A stretch of DNA of 64,000 nt from Candidatus Moraniibacteriota bacterium. Lineage in GTDB: Bacteria > Patescibacteriota > Minisyncoccia > Moranbacterales > UBA1568. Below are positions 45,738 to 55,190 of the stretch, one piece after another. The stretch lies in contig JAAXTX010000002.1 in NCBI GenBank assembly GCA_013336285.1, positions 13,730 through 77,729 on the forward strand. Reading direction: 5' to 3'. How positions within the stretch are numbered: position 1 is the stretch's first letter; each line of letters begins with the position of its first letter. Made by a program: the position numbers and the translations under genes. The notes under the pieces are model-generated. The model saw nothing but the letters and a program-made list of their open reading frames with translations. It did no database searches and was not told the DNA's origin.

Positions 45738-46454
45738 ATGCTTTCCATAAAAAATCTTTCGGCCGCGATCAGTGACAAGGAAATACTTCTCGGAATCACG
45801 CTCGATTTCGAACCGGGAAAGACGTACGTCGTCCTCGGACCGAACGGATCGGGCAAGTCGACATTGGCCGCAACGATCATGGGACGGCCGGATATCGCCG
45901 TTACCGACGCATCCGAACTCGCATGGAACGGAGAGAACCTGAAGGCCTTGTCGGCGGACAAGCGCGCGAGGCTCGGCATTTTCCTTTCCTTCCAGTCCCC
46001 GCTTCCGATTCCCGGCGTCTCGGTCGAGGAACTTCTCCGCTGCGCACTCGACGGAGAGAAGGATCTCGTCGCCCTTCACAAGGAACTCCGCGGGTTCGCG
46101 AAAGAAATCGGCCTCGACGAGGAATTCCTCTCCCGATCCATCCATGACGGTTTTTCCGGGGGCGAACGCAAGAAAGTCGAGGCGATCCAAGCCGCAGCAC
46201 TCGCGCCGTCGCTTGCGATTTTCGATGAGATCGACACCGGCACCGATACGGACGCCGTGAAGCGGATCGCGGAATTCCTTTCGGCTCATCTCCCACAGGA
46301 GGCGACAAAAATATTTATCACGCATTCCCCGAAGCTCATAGAGCTCCTGCGCCCCGATTCGGTCGTCATCCTGAAGGAAGGCCGTGTGGTGGCCGAGGGC
46401 GGGCGTGATCTTGCCGTGAAGACGATCAAGGAGGGATTCGAAGGGATCAAGTAA
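45738..46454 (+). CDS. sufC: FeS assembly ATPase SufC
   Basis: Walker A GPNGSGKST, the ABC signature FSGGERKK and a length of 238 aa. Confidence 0.9.
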   Translation: MLSIKNLSAAISDKEILLGITLDFEPGKTYVVLGPNGSGKSTLAATIMGRPDIAVTDASELAWNGENLKALSADKRARLGIFLSFQSPLPIPGVSVEELLRCALDGEKDLVALHKELRGFAKEIGLDEEFLSRSIHDGFSGGERKKVEAIQAAALAPSLAIFDEIDTGTDTDAVKRIAEFLSAHLPQEATKIFITHSPKLIELLRPDSVVILKEGRVVAEGGRDLAVKTIKEGFEGIK

Positions 46455-46544
46455 CAGATACCATGGAGCAGATAACGGCCGACGTGGACGACAAGACCCA
46501 TTTCAAAATTATGATTTTCGGTCTCGTCCCCTTTCGAAATATTA

Positions 46545-46650
46545 AATTCGAAATTCGAAATTTTTTCGGACTTGATGAACTTTATAGACTTTCGACTTTA
46601 CGGACTTTATAGACTTTCTAGCCTTTATGGACATTACGGACTCTGACGAC
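46545..46650. repeat. Tandem degenerate array of the GACTTTCGACTTT / TTATAGACTTT / TTACGGAC minisatellite spanning the sufC-sufB gap and the sufB start
   Basis: AAATTCGAAATTCGAAA...TTTATAGACTTTCGACTTTACGGACTTTATAGACTTTCTAGCCTTTATGGACATTACGGACTC. This is the largest copy in the window. Confidence 0.65.
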
Positions 46651-48018
46651 TACAAATACGGATTCTCCATGCCCGAGCGAACGATCCATGGGACCGGTCG
46701 CGGACTTTCTGCGTCAGTCGTCCGTCAGATTTCCGAGATCAAGGACGAGCCCGAATGGATGCTCGATTTTCGGCTGAAGTCATACGAACTCTTTACGAAA
46801 GCGTCGAGACCGAAGTGGGGACCCGATCTCTCTGCGCTCGATTACGATTCCATCACCTATTTCAGGAAATCCACCGAGTCCGCCGTGAAGAGCTGGGACG
46901 ACCTCCCGCCGGAAATCCGCGAGACGTACGACCGCATCGGCGTTCCCGAGGCGGAAAAGGATTTTCTTGCGGGAGTATCCGCACAGTACGAAAGCGAGGT
47001 CGTCTACGAAAGCGTCCAGAAGGAACTGACCAAACAGGGCGTCATCTTCTGCGATATGGATACCGCGGTCCGGAAACATCCCGATATCGTGCGAGAATAT
47101 TTCGGTACGCTCGTGCCGCCCGGAGACAATTTCTCCGCCGCGCTCAACTCCGCGACCTGGTCCGGCGGCTCGTTCGTGTACGTCCCGAAGGGCGTCCATG
47201 TCACGCTCCCGCTACAGGCGTATTTCCGCATCAATTCCGAATCGTTCGGACAGTTCGAACGGACGCTCATTGTCGCCGACCAGGGCAGTTTCGTCCACTA
47301 CCTCGAAGGCTGCACCGCCCCGATCTACCGCACCGATTCGCTCCACTCCGCTGTGGTCGAGATCTTCGTAAAAAAAGGCGCTCGTGTCCGCTACACTACC
47401 GTCCAGAACTGGAGCGGTAACATCTATAACCTGGTTACCAAACGTGCGAAGGCCGAGGAAGACGCGATAATGGAATGGGTCGACTGCAATCTCGGCTCCA
47501 AGGTCACCATGAAATACCCGGCGGTCATCCTTGCGGGTCGCGGCGCGCGCGGCGAGATGCTTTCGCTCGCCCTCGCAGGCAAAGGCCAGCATCAAGATAC
47601 CGGCGCGCGCATGATCCACCTCGCCCCCGACACGCACTCGCGTATCGTCTCGAAATCGATATCCAAAGATGGTGGCCGTTCATCCTTTCGCGGCGACATC
47701 CGTGTCGCCAAGAACGCCTCGGGCTGTTCTTCCTCGAGCGTCTGCGACGCACTCATACTCGACAAGGACTCCCGATCGGATACGTACCCATCGCTTCGGA
47801 CCGATGTCTCGGATGCCCGGCTCGCGCACGAGGCAACCGTCGAGAAAATCGGAGAGGAAAAACTCTTCTACCTCGCTTCCCGCGGCATCGGCACGGACGC
47901 TGCGGAAGGTCTTCTCGTCAACGGATTCATCGAACCGGTGGTGAAGGATCTTCCCATGGAATATTCACTTGAGCTCAACCGGCTGATCAATCTCGAGATG
48001 GAAGGAAGCGTGGGATAA
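46627..48018 (+). CDS. sufB: FeS cluster assembly protein SufB
   Basis: 463 aa with the conserved SufB beta-helix and C-terminal region. The annotated ATG lies inside the minisatellite, so the true start may be downstream. Confidence 0.9.
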   Translation: MDITDSDDYKYGFSMPERTIHGTGRGLSASVVRQISEIKDEPEWMLDFRLKSYELFTKASRPKWGPDLSALDYDSITYFRKSTESAVKSWDDLPPEIRETYDRIGVPEAEKDFLAGVSAQYESEVVYESVQKELTKQGVIFCDMDTAVRKHPDIVREYFGTLVPPGDNFSAALNSATWSGGSFVYVPKGVHVTLPLQAYFRINSESFGQFERTLIVADQGSFVHYLEGCTAPIYRTDSLHSAVVEIFVKKGARVRYTTVQNWSGNIYNLVTKRAKAEEDAIMEWVDCNLGSKVTMKYPAVILAGRGARGEMLSLALAGKGQHQDTGARMIHLAPDTHSRIVSKSISKDGGRSSFRGDIRVAKNASGCSSSSVCDALILDKDSRSDTYPSLRTDVSDARLAHEATVEKIGEEKLFYLASRGIGTDAAEGLLVNGFIEPVVKDLPMEYSLELNRLINLEMEGSVG

Positions 48019-48068
48019 AAAAAGAACCATCGATATGCATCGTATCGATGGCCCATCACGTTCCGAAA

Positions 48069-48416
48069 TCACCTCAAAACCATGACAGAGAAAAGAACAT
48101 GCGGTTTCGAATCCGCTCCGATAAGACCGGCTTGCAGCCTCCCCTTCTCACACGGGACGACCTGGACATGCCGTGTCACCTGAAATCCGCCGAAGGAAAA
48201 GATAGCCAGAAGTGCTACCGCGGTAGCAAAACGAAAAGCGGGATACGGCTGAACCGGAACAAAGGATATCCGTTTCCGCACGGCCTTCCAAGCCCATGAA
48301 AAAAATTCGACCATCGGATACCACAACAGGATAGAAAGACCGGCTACGACCGGTATCCCGATGACGGTCAACAACAAGGCAAGACAGTGGCTTAACTGAA
48401 GCATAGATGCCTCCAT
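48069..48416 (-). CDS. Possible antisense-encoded membrane protein (about 115 aa, 3 TM) inside the suf cluster
   Basis: It has a TTGACA-N17-TAGTAT promoter on the minus strand, a 9-bp-stem hairpin plus T-run just after its stop (48015-48052), and a hydrophobic product MEASMLQLSHCLALLLTVIGIPVVAG... Confidence 0.35.
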   Translation of the reverse strand: MEASMLQLSHCLALLLTVIGIPVVAGLSILLWYPMVEFFSWAWKAVRKRISFVPVQPYPAFRFATAVALLAIFSFGGFQVTRHVQVVPCEKGRLQAGLIGADSKPHVLFSVMVLR

Positions 48417-48484
48417 GGTTTGATTATTGGAAATGAACGTCTGATACACTGGAATCGGAAATATACTACTATATTATAAGTATA

Positions 48485-49054
48485 ATGTCAATACTAGAGT
48501 CTATGAGATTAATCGATATATCAAGAGACAACGAAACGACCTACCGACTCAGGGAAAACGAGCGGGCTATTTTCATGATGAACAATCGTGACGGAAAGAT
48601 AACGTTCGAACTCGCCGGGCACGGTGCCACGGCCCATGTCTTCGCGTTCTATGAGGGAACGGATGCCGAACGGTTCGCGCCCCGTATCATACAAAGGCAC
48701 CTCGCGTCGGGAACGGTTTCCTCATCGACCGTGCGGGCGCGACTCGACGGTTCATCCTTACTTCGTTTCCGAGGTCTCGTGGATATCGCGAAGGACGCGA
48801 CCGGATCGGACGCGCGGCAGAACTGCCGGATACTTCTTCTCTCCCCAGACGCCACAGCCCATGCCGGACCGGAACTCGAAATCTCGACGGATGATGTGAC
48901 ATGCTCCCACGCCGCCTCGATCGCGCCGCCCGATCCGGACCAACTGTATTTCCTCGCCACACGCGGACTGGAAACCGACAAGGCGACAGCGCTGCTTGCC
49001 GACGGATTCTTCCGAGACGCCCGCGACGAGATGGAAAGACTCTCCCAATCATAA
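48485..49054 (+). CDS. sufD: Short SufD-like protein (C-terminal SufBD core only)
   Basis: 189 aa matching the SufB/D C-terminal region (...LLLSPDATAHAGPELEISTDDVTCSHAASIAPPDPDQLYFLATRGL...). The N-terminal beta-helix half present in canonical SufD is missing. Confidence 0.6.
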   Translation: MSILESMRLIDISRDNETTYRLRENERAIFMMNNRDGKITFELAGHGATAHVFAFYEGTDAERFAPRIIQRHLASGTVSSSTVRARLDGSSLLRFRGLVDIAKDATGSDARQNCRILLLSPDATAHAGPELEISTDDVTCSHAASIAPPDPDQLYFLATRGLETDKATALLADGFFRDARDEMERLSQS

Positions 49055-49064
49055 TTCCGCTTCT

Positions 49065-50282
49065 ATGATTCCAGAAAACATCCGAAAAGAATTTCCCATT
49101 TTTGATAACCGACCGGAAATGACCTACCTCGATTCCGCGGCGACCGCACTGACACCGGCGCCTGTCATAGAGGCCGTTTCGACATACTATCGCGAGCTCT
49201 CGGCGAATGTCGGGCGAGGACTCTACCCGACCGCGGAGGAAACCACTGCCCGATTCGAATCGGTACGGGAACGAATATCCCGATTTCTCAATACCTCATC
49301 CGATGAGATCGTCTTCACCCGAAACTCGACCGAAGGCCTTAATCTACTCGCAGCCACCCTCGCGGACCGGATCGAGGAAGGCGACAATATCGTCATAACC
49401 GCGCTCGAACACCATTCGAATTTCCTTCCCTGGAAACGGCTCACGAAGCGATGTGGGGCCGAACTCCGCATCGTTCCCTTCGAGAAGGACGGCTCCATAC
49501 ATCCGGACACGGCGAGGTCCTTCGTCGACTCAAGAACAAAAATCTTCGCTTTCTCCGCCATTTCAAACGTATTCGGAACACCGAACGATGTCTCGACTAT
49601 CGTACGAACTGCAAAAGCCCTCAATCCCGATATCCTGACCGTCATTGATGCCGCGCAAGCTATCGGCCACATGCAAGTCGATATTCAAGAGTGGAATTGT
49701 GATTTTCTCGCGTTCTCCGGACATAAATGTTTCGGCCCGACGGGGGTCGGTATCCTTTTCGGAAAACACGACATACTCTCATCGCTTCCACCTTATCAGG
49801 TCGGCGGAGGTATGGTACTTGATTCGACTGCGGACGAACCGACCTATATGGATGTTCCGCACCGATTCGAAGCGGGTACACCCGATATCGCTTCCGTCTT
49901 CGGCCTCGATGCCGCGCTCGACTTCATCGATTCGATCGGTGTCGATGCCATACATGCATACGAATCCGAACTCGCGACACAGGCAGTGTCGAAACTCAAA
50001 AAAGCATTCGGTGATTCGATTCATATTCTCGGTTTTAATGATCGACGCGAAAGCGGCATCGTTTCCTTCACACTCGAAGGCATCCATCCACACGACATCG
50101 CGCAGATTCTCGGTGAACGCGATATCTGTATCCGTGCCGGCGAACACTGTGCTACGCCGCTTCACCACGTTCTCTCCCTCCCCGCCACTGCCCGCGTCAG
50201 TTTCTCGGTATATAATACGGAAGAAGATATCGACCGCCTCATCGAAGGATTGAAGGAAGTGAGAAGTCTTTTTGAGAATTAA
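49065..50282 (+). CDS. sufS: Cysteine desulfurase SufS (class V aminotransferase)
   Basis: The PLP lysine region FSGHKCFGPTGVGILFG and the catalytic Cys loop RAGEHCATP. The start is taken at MIPENIRKEF. Confidence 0.85.
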   Translation: MIPENIRKEFPIFDNRPEMTYLDSAATALTPAPVIEAVSTYYRELSANVGRGLYPTAEETTARFESVRERISRFLNTSSDEIVFTRNSTEGLNLLAATLADRIEEGDNIVITALEHHSNFLPWKRLTKRCGAELRIVPFEKDGSIHPDTARSFVDSRTKIFAFSAISNVFGTPNDVSTIVRTAKALNPDILTVIDAAQAIGHMQVDIQEWNCDFLAFSGHKCFGPTGVGILFGKHDILSSLPPYQVGGGMVLDSTADEPTYMDVPHRFEAGTPDIASVFGLDAALDFIDSIGVDAIHAYESELATQAVSKLKKAFGDSIHILGFNDRRESGIVSFTLEGIHPHDIAQILGERDICIRAGEHCATPLHHVLSLPATARVSFSVYNTEEDIDRLIEGLKEVRSLFEN

Positions 50283-50421
50283 CTATTCTCCCACCCCTCA
50301 CCCGGCATACGCGGGTCAAGAGTCTCGAAGACTTGACAGCTCCCCTCTGGCAGGGGAGCAGGAAACTCACTCAACTCCCCGTTTTTTTGTTTACTGTTAA
50401 TCGCTATCTGTTCACTGTCGT

Positions 50422-50790
50422 ATGTCCTCCCTCTACCAGGCGATCATCCTCGATCATTCGAAACATCCACGCAACTGCGGTGAACTTGAACATGCCAATC
50501 ATCACGGGGAAGCGAAGAATCCGACCTGCGGAGACTCGCTCTCGATGGATATCCTCACCGAAAACGGCATCATCGAGGACATCCGCTTCGACGGGGCCGG
50601 ATGCGCCATATCCCAGGCAAGTGCTTCGCTTCTCACCGAAGCGGTCAAAGAAAAGACTATCGAGGAAGCGCTCGCGCTCGAGCGGGACGACATCCTCGCA
50701 CTCCTCGGCGTGACCCTCACCCCGAACCGCCTCAAATGCGCTCTTCTCGCGCTCGAGACCCTAAAGAAAGCGCTCAGGCCCAAACATTGA
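50422..50790 (+). CDS. sufU: SufU/IscU-like sulfur acceptor or scaffold
   Basis: Three conserved Cys residues (NPTCGD, GAGCAIS, KCALL) and a length of 122 aa. Confidence 0.8.
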   Translation: MSSLYQAIILDHSKHPRNCGELEHANHHGEAKNPTCGDSLSMDILTENGIIEDIRFDGAGCAISQASASLLTEAVKEKTIEEALALERDDILALLGVTLTPNRLKCALLALETLKKALRPKH

Positions 50791-50862
50791 CGGCCGCGAC
50801 ATTTTCGGGTACTCTCCAGATGCGAATAGAATCCTTTTAAAACATAATATTTGGGAGCATGC

Positions 50863-51351
50863 ATGGACAAAACAAAAAGAACAGCCATCCTACTCAAAAT
50901 AGCTGCATCGATTATCGGTATTCACGGCATTGTTTTGCTTATTTCATTTTTCCGAGACGGAGCATACCTGAATAGTCTGAGTTCCAATGCCTTTCTCATT
51001 TTCAGTTATCTCGTTTTTAACGAGAGTCGTCGAGTTATTCCTGAGAGACTGAGACTACTCGGAGACACGTTTGGATTGGCTATCATCTCATTTCTCGGTA
51101 TAAAGGTAATATTGGAACTGCTGGCACTGGGAACTATCATCCCGCACGAGACGGCTGACGCGTACCTGACATGGAATCAGAAGACGGACGGTTCAATGAT
51201 AGATTTCACCTTACAGCTTGTCGGAAATATTATCGTTTTTCTCTCGTTAATACTTTTTGTGTTACTGCCCCTTGCCGGGTGGTGCGCGGGAAAATTAAAC
51301 GATTTCATAAGGGAAACACCTGTCTCCAAAGCGAGGCTTCCAAAAAACTGA
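50863..51351 (+). CDS. Hypothetical 4-TM membrane protein on a low-GC islet
   Basis: Markedly AT-richer than the flanking suf genes. GGGAG sits 6 nt before the ATG, and a hairpin plus T-run terminator lies at about 51385-51420. Confidence 0.5.
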   Translation: MDKTKRTAILLKIAASIIGIHGIVLLISFFRDGAYLNSLSSNAFLIFSYLVFNESRRVIPERLRLLGDTFGLAIISFLGIKVILELLALGTIIPHETADAYLTWNQKTDGSMIDFTLQLVGNIIVFLSLILFVLLPLAGWCAGKLNDFIRETPVSKARLPKN

Positions 51352-51541
51352 ATATCGAACGAACACATCCGTTACAGCGGATTGCGATAGAATACAACGC
51401 GATCCGCTTTTTATTATCAAATTCCAGTAGAAGGAGAGAGCGAAGACCATATGATGCCACCTTGGATACGGATCATAACGCCTGGAAAAATATTCCAAAA
51501 TCAGCTATCATGGGAAGGAAATAACTTCTAAGGAAAATCCT

Positions 51542-51781
51542 ATGGATTTCAAGGATGCCTCCAAGCCGAGCGGACCGGTCACGCTCGCAAGCGGACAGAC
51601 GGTAGCGGTGAATCGTGACGCGTGTATCGGTTGCGGCGGCTGCACGGCCATCGCCCCGAATACTTTCGGGATCGACGAAGAAGGTAAGTCGACTATTCTC
51701 GCCTCCGCGGACGCGGACTCGAAAGAGACGATCACGAGCGCGAAGGACGGTTGCCCCGTTGCCGCGATCAGTGTCGACTAA
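51542..51781 (+). CDS. 4Fe-4S ferredoxin (single cluster)
   Basis: CIGCGGC...CP cysteine pattern, 79 aa. Confidence 0.8.
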   Translation: MDFKDASKPSGPVTLASGQTVAVNRDACIGCGGCTAIAPNTFGIDEEGKSTILASADADSKETITSAKDGCPVAAISVD

Positions 51782-51889
51782 GCTACGGCTTTTTTTAAGA
51801 CGGACATCAACGATACGATGTCCGTTTTCGTTTTCCTTTGCCAAAAGGGGGAAATTTTTATACTATGAAGGTCCTAAGCGATACATGAT

Positions 51890-52207
51890 ATGACTGACGC
51901 CGCAACCACGGCTAAAGAATCGGCGATGGAGAAACTCAGTGCCGTACTCGACCCCGAGCTCGGCGTGTCCATCGTGGACCTCGGCCTCGTCTACGGAGTG
52001 GAAATCTCCCCCGCTGGCGTCGCGACGGTTTCCATGACCCTTACGACCATCGGCTGCCCGCTCTTCTCCGTCATTCAAAAGGATATCGAGGACCGGCTCC
52101 TCGAGCTTCCGGAAATCGAGGACGTGAAGATCGATCTCACCTTCGACCCGCCCTGGTCCCCCGACCGCATGACCAAGGAAACGAAAATCAGGCTCGGATT
52201 CGCATAA
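51890..52207 (+). CDS. sufT: FeS assembly protein SufT / DUF59 (MIP18 family)
   Basis: LDPELGVSIVDLGLVYGVEI...TLTTIGCPL is the DUF59 signature; 105 aa. Confidence 0.8.
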   Translation: MTDAATTAKESAMEKLSAVLDPELGVSIVDLGLVYGVEISPAGVATVSMTLTTIGCPLFSVIQKDIEDRLLELPEIEDVKIDLTFDPPWSPDRMTKETKIRLGFA

Positions 52208-52457
52208 ATATAAAAACCTCCCCGATTTTTTCGAGGAGGTTTATGTCACACCGACACGATGCGACGCAGAAATCGCAGTCACTGGCATAGTCTTCATCCC
52301 ATTCCGCAAATTCGGGACAACAGCAAAGTTCTTTTCTGATTTGTCCTTCTTCGCTCACAATCCTTCTGAGCTCTTCCTCGGCGGCATGGGTTTCTCTCTT
52401 GCTGTCACTTCCAAGTTGCCGGAACAATTCCCGTATTTGCTCTTCCGAGGTCTTCAC
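52188..52457 (-). CDS. Possible Cys-rich small protein (89 aa)
   Basis: CCCPEFAEWDEDYASDCDFCVASCRC with GGAG 6 nt upstream of the ATG. Its 3' end overlaps the sufT terminator hairpin. Confidence 0.3.
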   Translation of the reverse strand: MKTSEEQIRELFRQLGSDSKRETHAAEEELRRIVSEEGQIRKELCCCPEFAEWDEDYASDCDFCVASCRCDINLLEKIGEVFIFMRIRA

Positions 52458-52633
52458 GGTCTTCTCCGTTTTATTTAAGTATTTTCATTACATCCGTATA
52501 TATCATCTGAACGTTATTCCGAAAGAAGCCGCATCGGTAAGAACGCGGATTATCGCCGTTATTTTCCGAGCCCTCGAAAAAATCACCGACAAACGGTTCG
52601 CTCGAACCAAACGACTCGATTCCGTCTCCTCAT

Positions 52634-52669
52634 CCAAAAAAACAAGGGAAACGATTTCGTCTCCCTTGT
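52634..52669 (-). terminator. Intrinsic terminator for the methyltransferase gene (CAAGGGA...TCCCTTG followed by T7 on the minus strand)
   Basis: A 7-bp stem with an adjacent U-tract. Confidence 0.55.
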
Positions 52670-52679
52670 CATGAACCGC

Positions 52680-53459
52680 CTATCCCCTGCTCGCGACGAA
52701 GCCGATATATGGGCAGTCTTCTTCGTACCCTGCCCAGTAGTCGGTTCCATATTTTTCGATACCCGCCGGATCAATCTTCAGTGCCTCCCAGCGTACGTTC
52801 GCGAATCCGGCCTTCCGTGCCGCACGCTCCACATCGGTCATTGAAAAATACGTGTCGATGATGGACATATATTTTTTTCCGCCGTCGTCGAGAAAGTCGA
52901 TACCGATCCGTCCATCAGCCCTTCTGCTGAAAATCCTCCCGTTCACAACTTCCCCGAATCGGCTGAAATCCGGATTCAGCGTTACGGCGACAAGTTTACC
53001 CTCCATTTTTAGAAACTTGCTGGAACGGGTGAAAATCTCTTCCAGCTGTCTTGAAGTCACCGCCGGAAAGACCATGATTACGGTCACCAGATCGAACCTT
53101 TTTCCGGTCGGTATTTGCGAATAGTCAGATACGTATCGTATACCCAAGGGCCTTTCCGCTTCTTCGTTTCTCGCGTCGGTCAGTTCATTTTCAGACGGAT
53201 CGAAACCGATAATTTCACCCGCACCGGCACACCGCATCATCCGCGTGAAAGTTCCGTTCGCGCAGCCGATATCGAGAATGACTGCTCCGCCCGGATCCCC
53301 TATCATTCGAAGCGATTCTGGATACTGCACGTACCGCTTGTTCGGGTCGATGCGTGTAGCCAAAGCATACTGAGAACTGATTATATCGAACTGACGTAGC
53401 AGCCTCTGTTCTTCGGCTTCATCGTTATATACCTTTTTTCTCGAATCCTTATCATTCAT
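52680..53459 (-). CDS. Class I SAM-dependent methyltransferase
   Basis: VILDIGCANGTFT (motif I) and a 259-aa Rossmann-fold layout. Confidence 0.8.
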   Translation of the reverse strand: MNDKDSRKKVYNDEAEEQRLLRQFDIISSQYALATRIDPNKRYVQYPESLRMIGDPGGAVILDIGCANGTFTRMMRCAGAGEIIGFDPSENELTDARNEEAERPLGIRYVSDYSQIPTGKRFDLVTVIMVFPAVTSRQLEEIFTRSSKFLKMEGKLVAVTLNPDFSRFGEVVNGRIFSRRADGRIGIDFLDDGGKKYMSIIDTYFSMTDVERAARKAGFANVRWEALKIDPAGIEKYGTDYWAGYEEDCPYIGFVASRG

Positions 53460-53530
53460 TTTTCACCTCATTTTTATATTATTGGAACGGGAAAGAAATA
53501 TTCTCTCCCGCTCCATCGTTTCAAACGGCC

Positions 53531-54199
53531 TTACAGCATAAGCTTGAATCCCACGCTGCCATAGACCACGTCGTCTTTCTTTTGGATGAGCCCGTGCTGG
53601 ACGTTTCCCTGCACGCTAAGCGAGATATTCTTGCGTACCGGATACTCTGCCCGCACTCTTCCCGTCACATGTGCCCACCCGTTGGTCGCGTAAAAACCGT
53701 CGAGATACGCGATCGCTATCGATGGTGTCACAGTCAACCCTTCGAAGACAGCCTGCTTGCCAAGTTCGACATACAGTCGGTTCTTTTCGGAAGCTATACC
53801 GGTCGTGACCTGCTTGGTCCATATCACGGAACCGCATACGGGACCATTTTGTTTCAGGACCAGTTCGAGCATATTCTCGGATGATCCCGCTACGCACCAG
53901 CGTTGGATGCTTAGGTCGGCGGAGAATCTTCCATACGAATGGTCGACGGTTACCCGTTTTCCGATAACATAGTCAATTTCGCTGACGACCCGTTTCTCGA
54001 GATCGACATTGTTCCAGACGCTTGCATACCAGCCGTCCGATTCGATGCCGATCATCGTCTGACCGACAGGGACTCCGCCATGACTCCCCGACTTGTTGAC
54101 GCAATCGGACAAGACAGCCTGACTGACGATGATATCGGCCGCCCGACATTCAATCGCCAATCCCATAAACAACGCCATCGCCATAAGTATGTGTTTCAT
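53531..54199 (-). CDS. Secreted hypothetical protein (signal peptide; beta-rich)
   Basis: MKHILMAMALFMGLAIECRAAD signal-like N-terminus, 221 aa, no motif recognised. Confidence 0.45.
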   Translation of the reverse strand: MKHILMAMALFMGLAIECRAADIIVSQAVLSDCVNKSGSHGGVPVGQTMIGIESDGWYASVWNNVDLEKRVVSEIDYVIGKRVTVDHSYGRFSADLSIQRWCVAGSSENMLELVLKQNGPVCGSVIWTKQVTTGIASEKNRLYVELGKQAVFEGLTVTPSIAIAYLDGFYATNGWAHVTGRVRAEYPVRKNISLSVQGNVQHGLIQKKDDVVYGSVGFKLML

Positions 54200-54448
54200 G
54201 ATTTCCCCTTTGTTTTGGTTTGGTTGGTATTGTATTTGTGAAGAAGCACTTGTATTGCGTTTCGACTTGTCAACGCATCATAACGGAATAGTATAGCGCC
54301 AAATCAACTCTTTGTCATCTATGGTGTCAATGTATTAGAGTTTAACTTTCGTCGTATTCATAATTTTGCTTTAATTTTGCCATTATATTGAATATATGCT
54401 ATACTTATATTGTCGCCATTTCTGATGACAAACGAATGCTTTTGATTT

Positions 54449-55180
54449 ATGCTCCACAAACGACTCCAAAATGCCGGATTGAACGAAACCGAAGCGAAGA
54501 TCTACCTCGCCGTGCTTGAACTCGGCCAGACATCCGTCAGTCGTATCGCACTGAAAGCAGGCATCAAGCGAACGACGGTCTATCTTTCCCTTGAAAACCT
54601 GATGAAAAAAGGTCTTATCAGCGCCATTAAAAAGGGCAGCAAAGCATATTACTACGCCGAAGACCCGAGAAATCTGGAGCGCATGATGGAAGTTCGAAAA
54701 AATGAAGTATCGGACATCATCCCCCGGTTGCTTGCCTTCACGAATCTCATCGACAACAAGCCGGAAATACGCTATTTCGAGGGAGAAGAAGGAATCAAGG
54801 AAGTCCTCATGAAATCACTCGAGCAACCGGGCAAGGAAATACTGATGATGTTTTCCGAGTCGTACTTTTCGGACTTCGGCGACGAGTTTTTCGAAAAAAC
54901 GTATCGACCGGAAAGGATCAGACGAAAAATCCTTTCACGGACGCTGATGCCGGATAACGAACAGATGCGTGCCTTTTCGGGAAAAAGCGTTCAACACTTG
55001 CGTCAGGCGAAATTCCTTCCGCCAGACCTGTTCAAGATCGATATCGAGGTATTGATGTATGAAAGAAATCAGATAGCCATAATTTCCTTCAAGGAGGGGT
55101 TCGCTTTCATTATTAACAGCCCCGCGATTCACTCCAGTTTCAAAAGCATCTTCGAGACCCTCTGGGCCGTGGCGAAATAG
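54449..55180 (+). CDS. TrmB family transcriptional regulator (archaeal-type sugar regulator-like)
   Basis: An N-terminal HTH (ETEAKIYLAVLELGQTSVSRIALKAGIKRTTVYLSLENLMKKGLI) plus a C-terminal effector domain. It lies on a low-GC islet. Confidence 0.7.
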   Translation: MLHKRLQNAGLNETEAKIYLAVLELGQTSVSRIALKAGIKRTTVYLSLENLMKKGLISAIKKGSKAYYYAEDPRNLERMMEVRKNEVSDIIPRLLAFTNLIDNKPEIRYFEGEEGIKEVLMKSLEQPGKEILMMFSESYFSDFGDEFFEKTYRPERIRRKILSRTLMPDNEQMRAFSGKSVQHLRQAKFLPPDLFKIDIEVLMYERNQIAIISFKEGFAFIINSPAIHSSFKSIFETLWAVAK

Positions 55181-55190
55181 AACATTTTAT

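Noticed and set aside
46755-47972. 221-aa and 165-aa Arg-rich plus-strand ORFs
   Set aside because: Off-frame within sufB.
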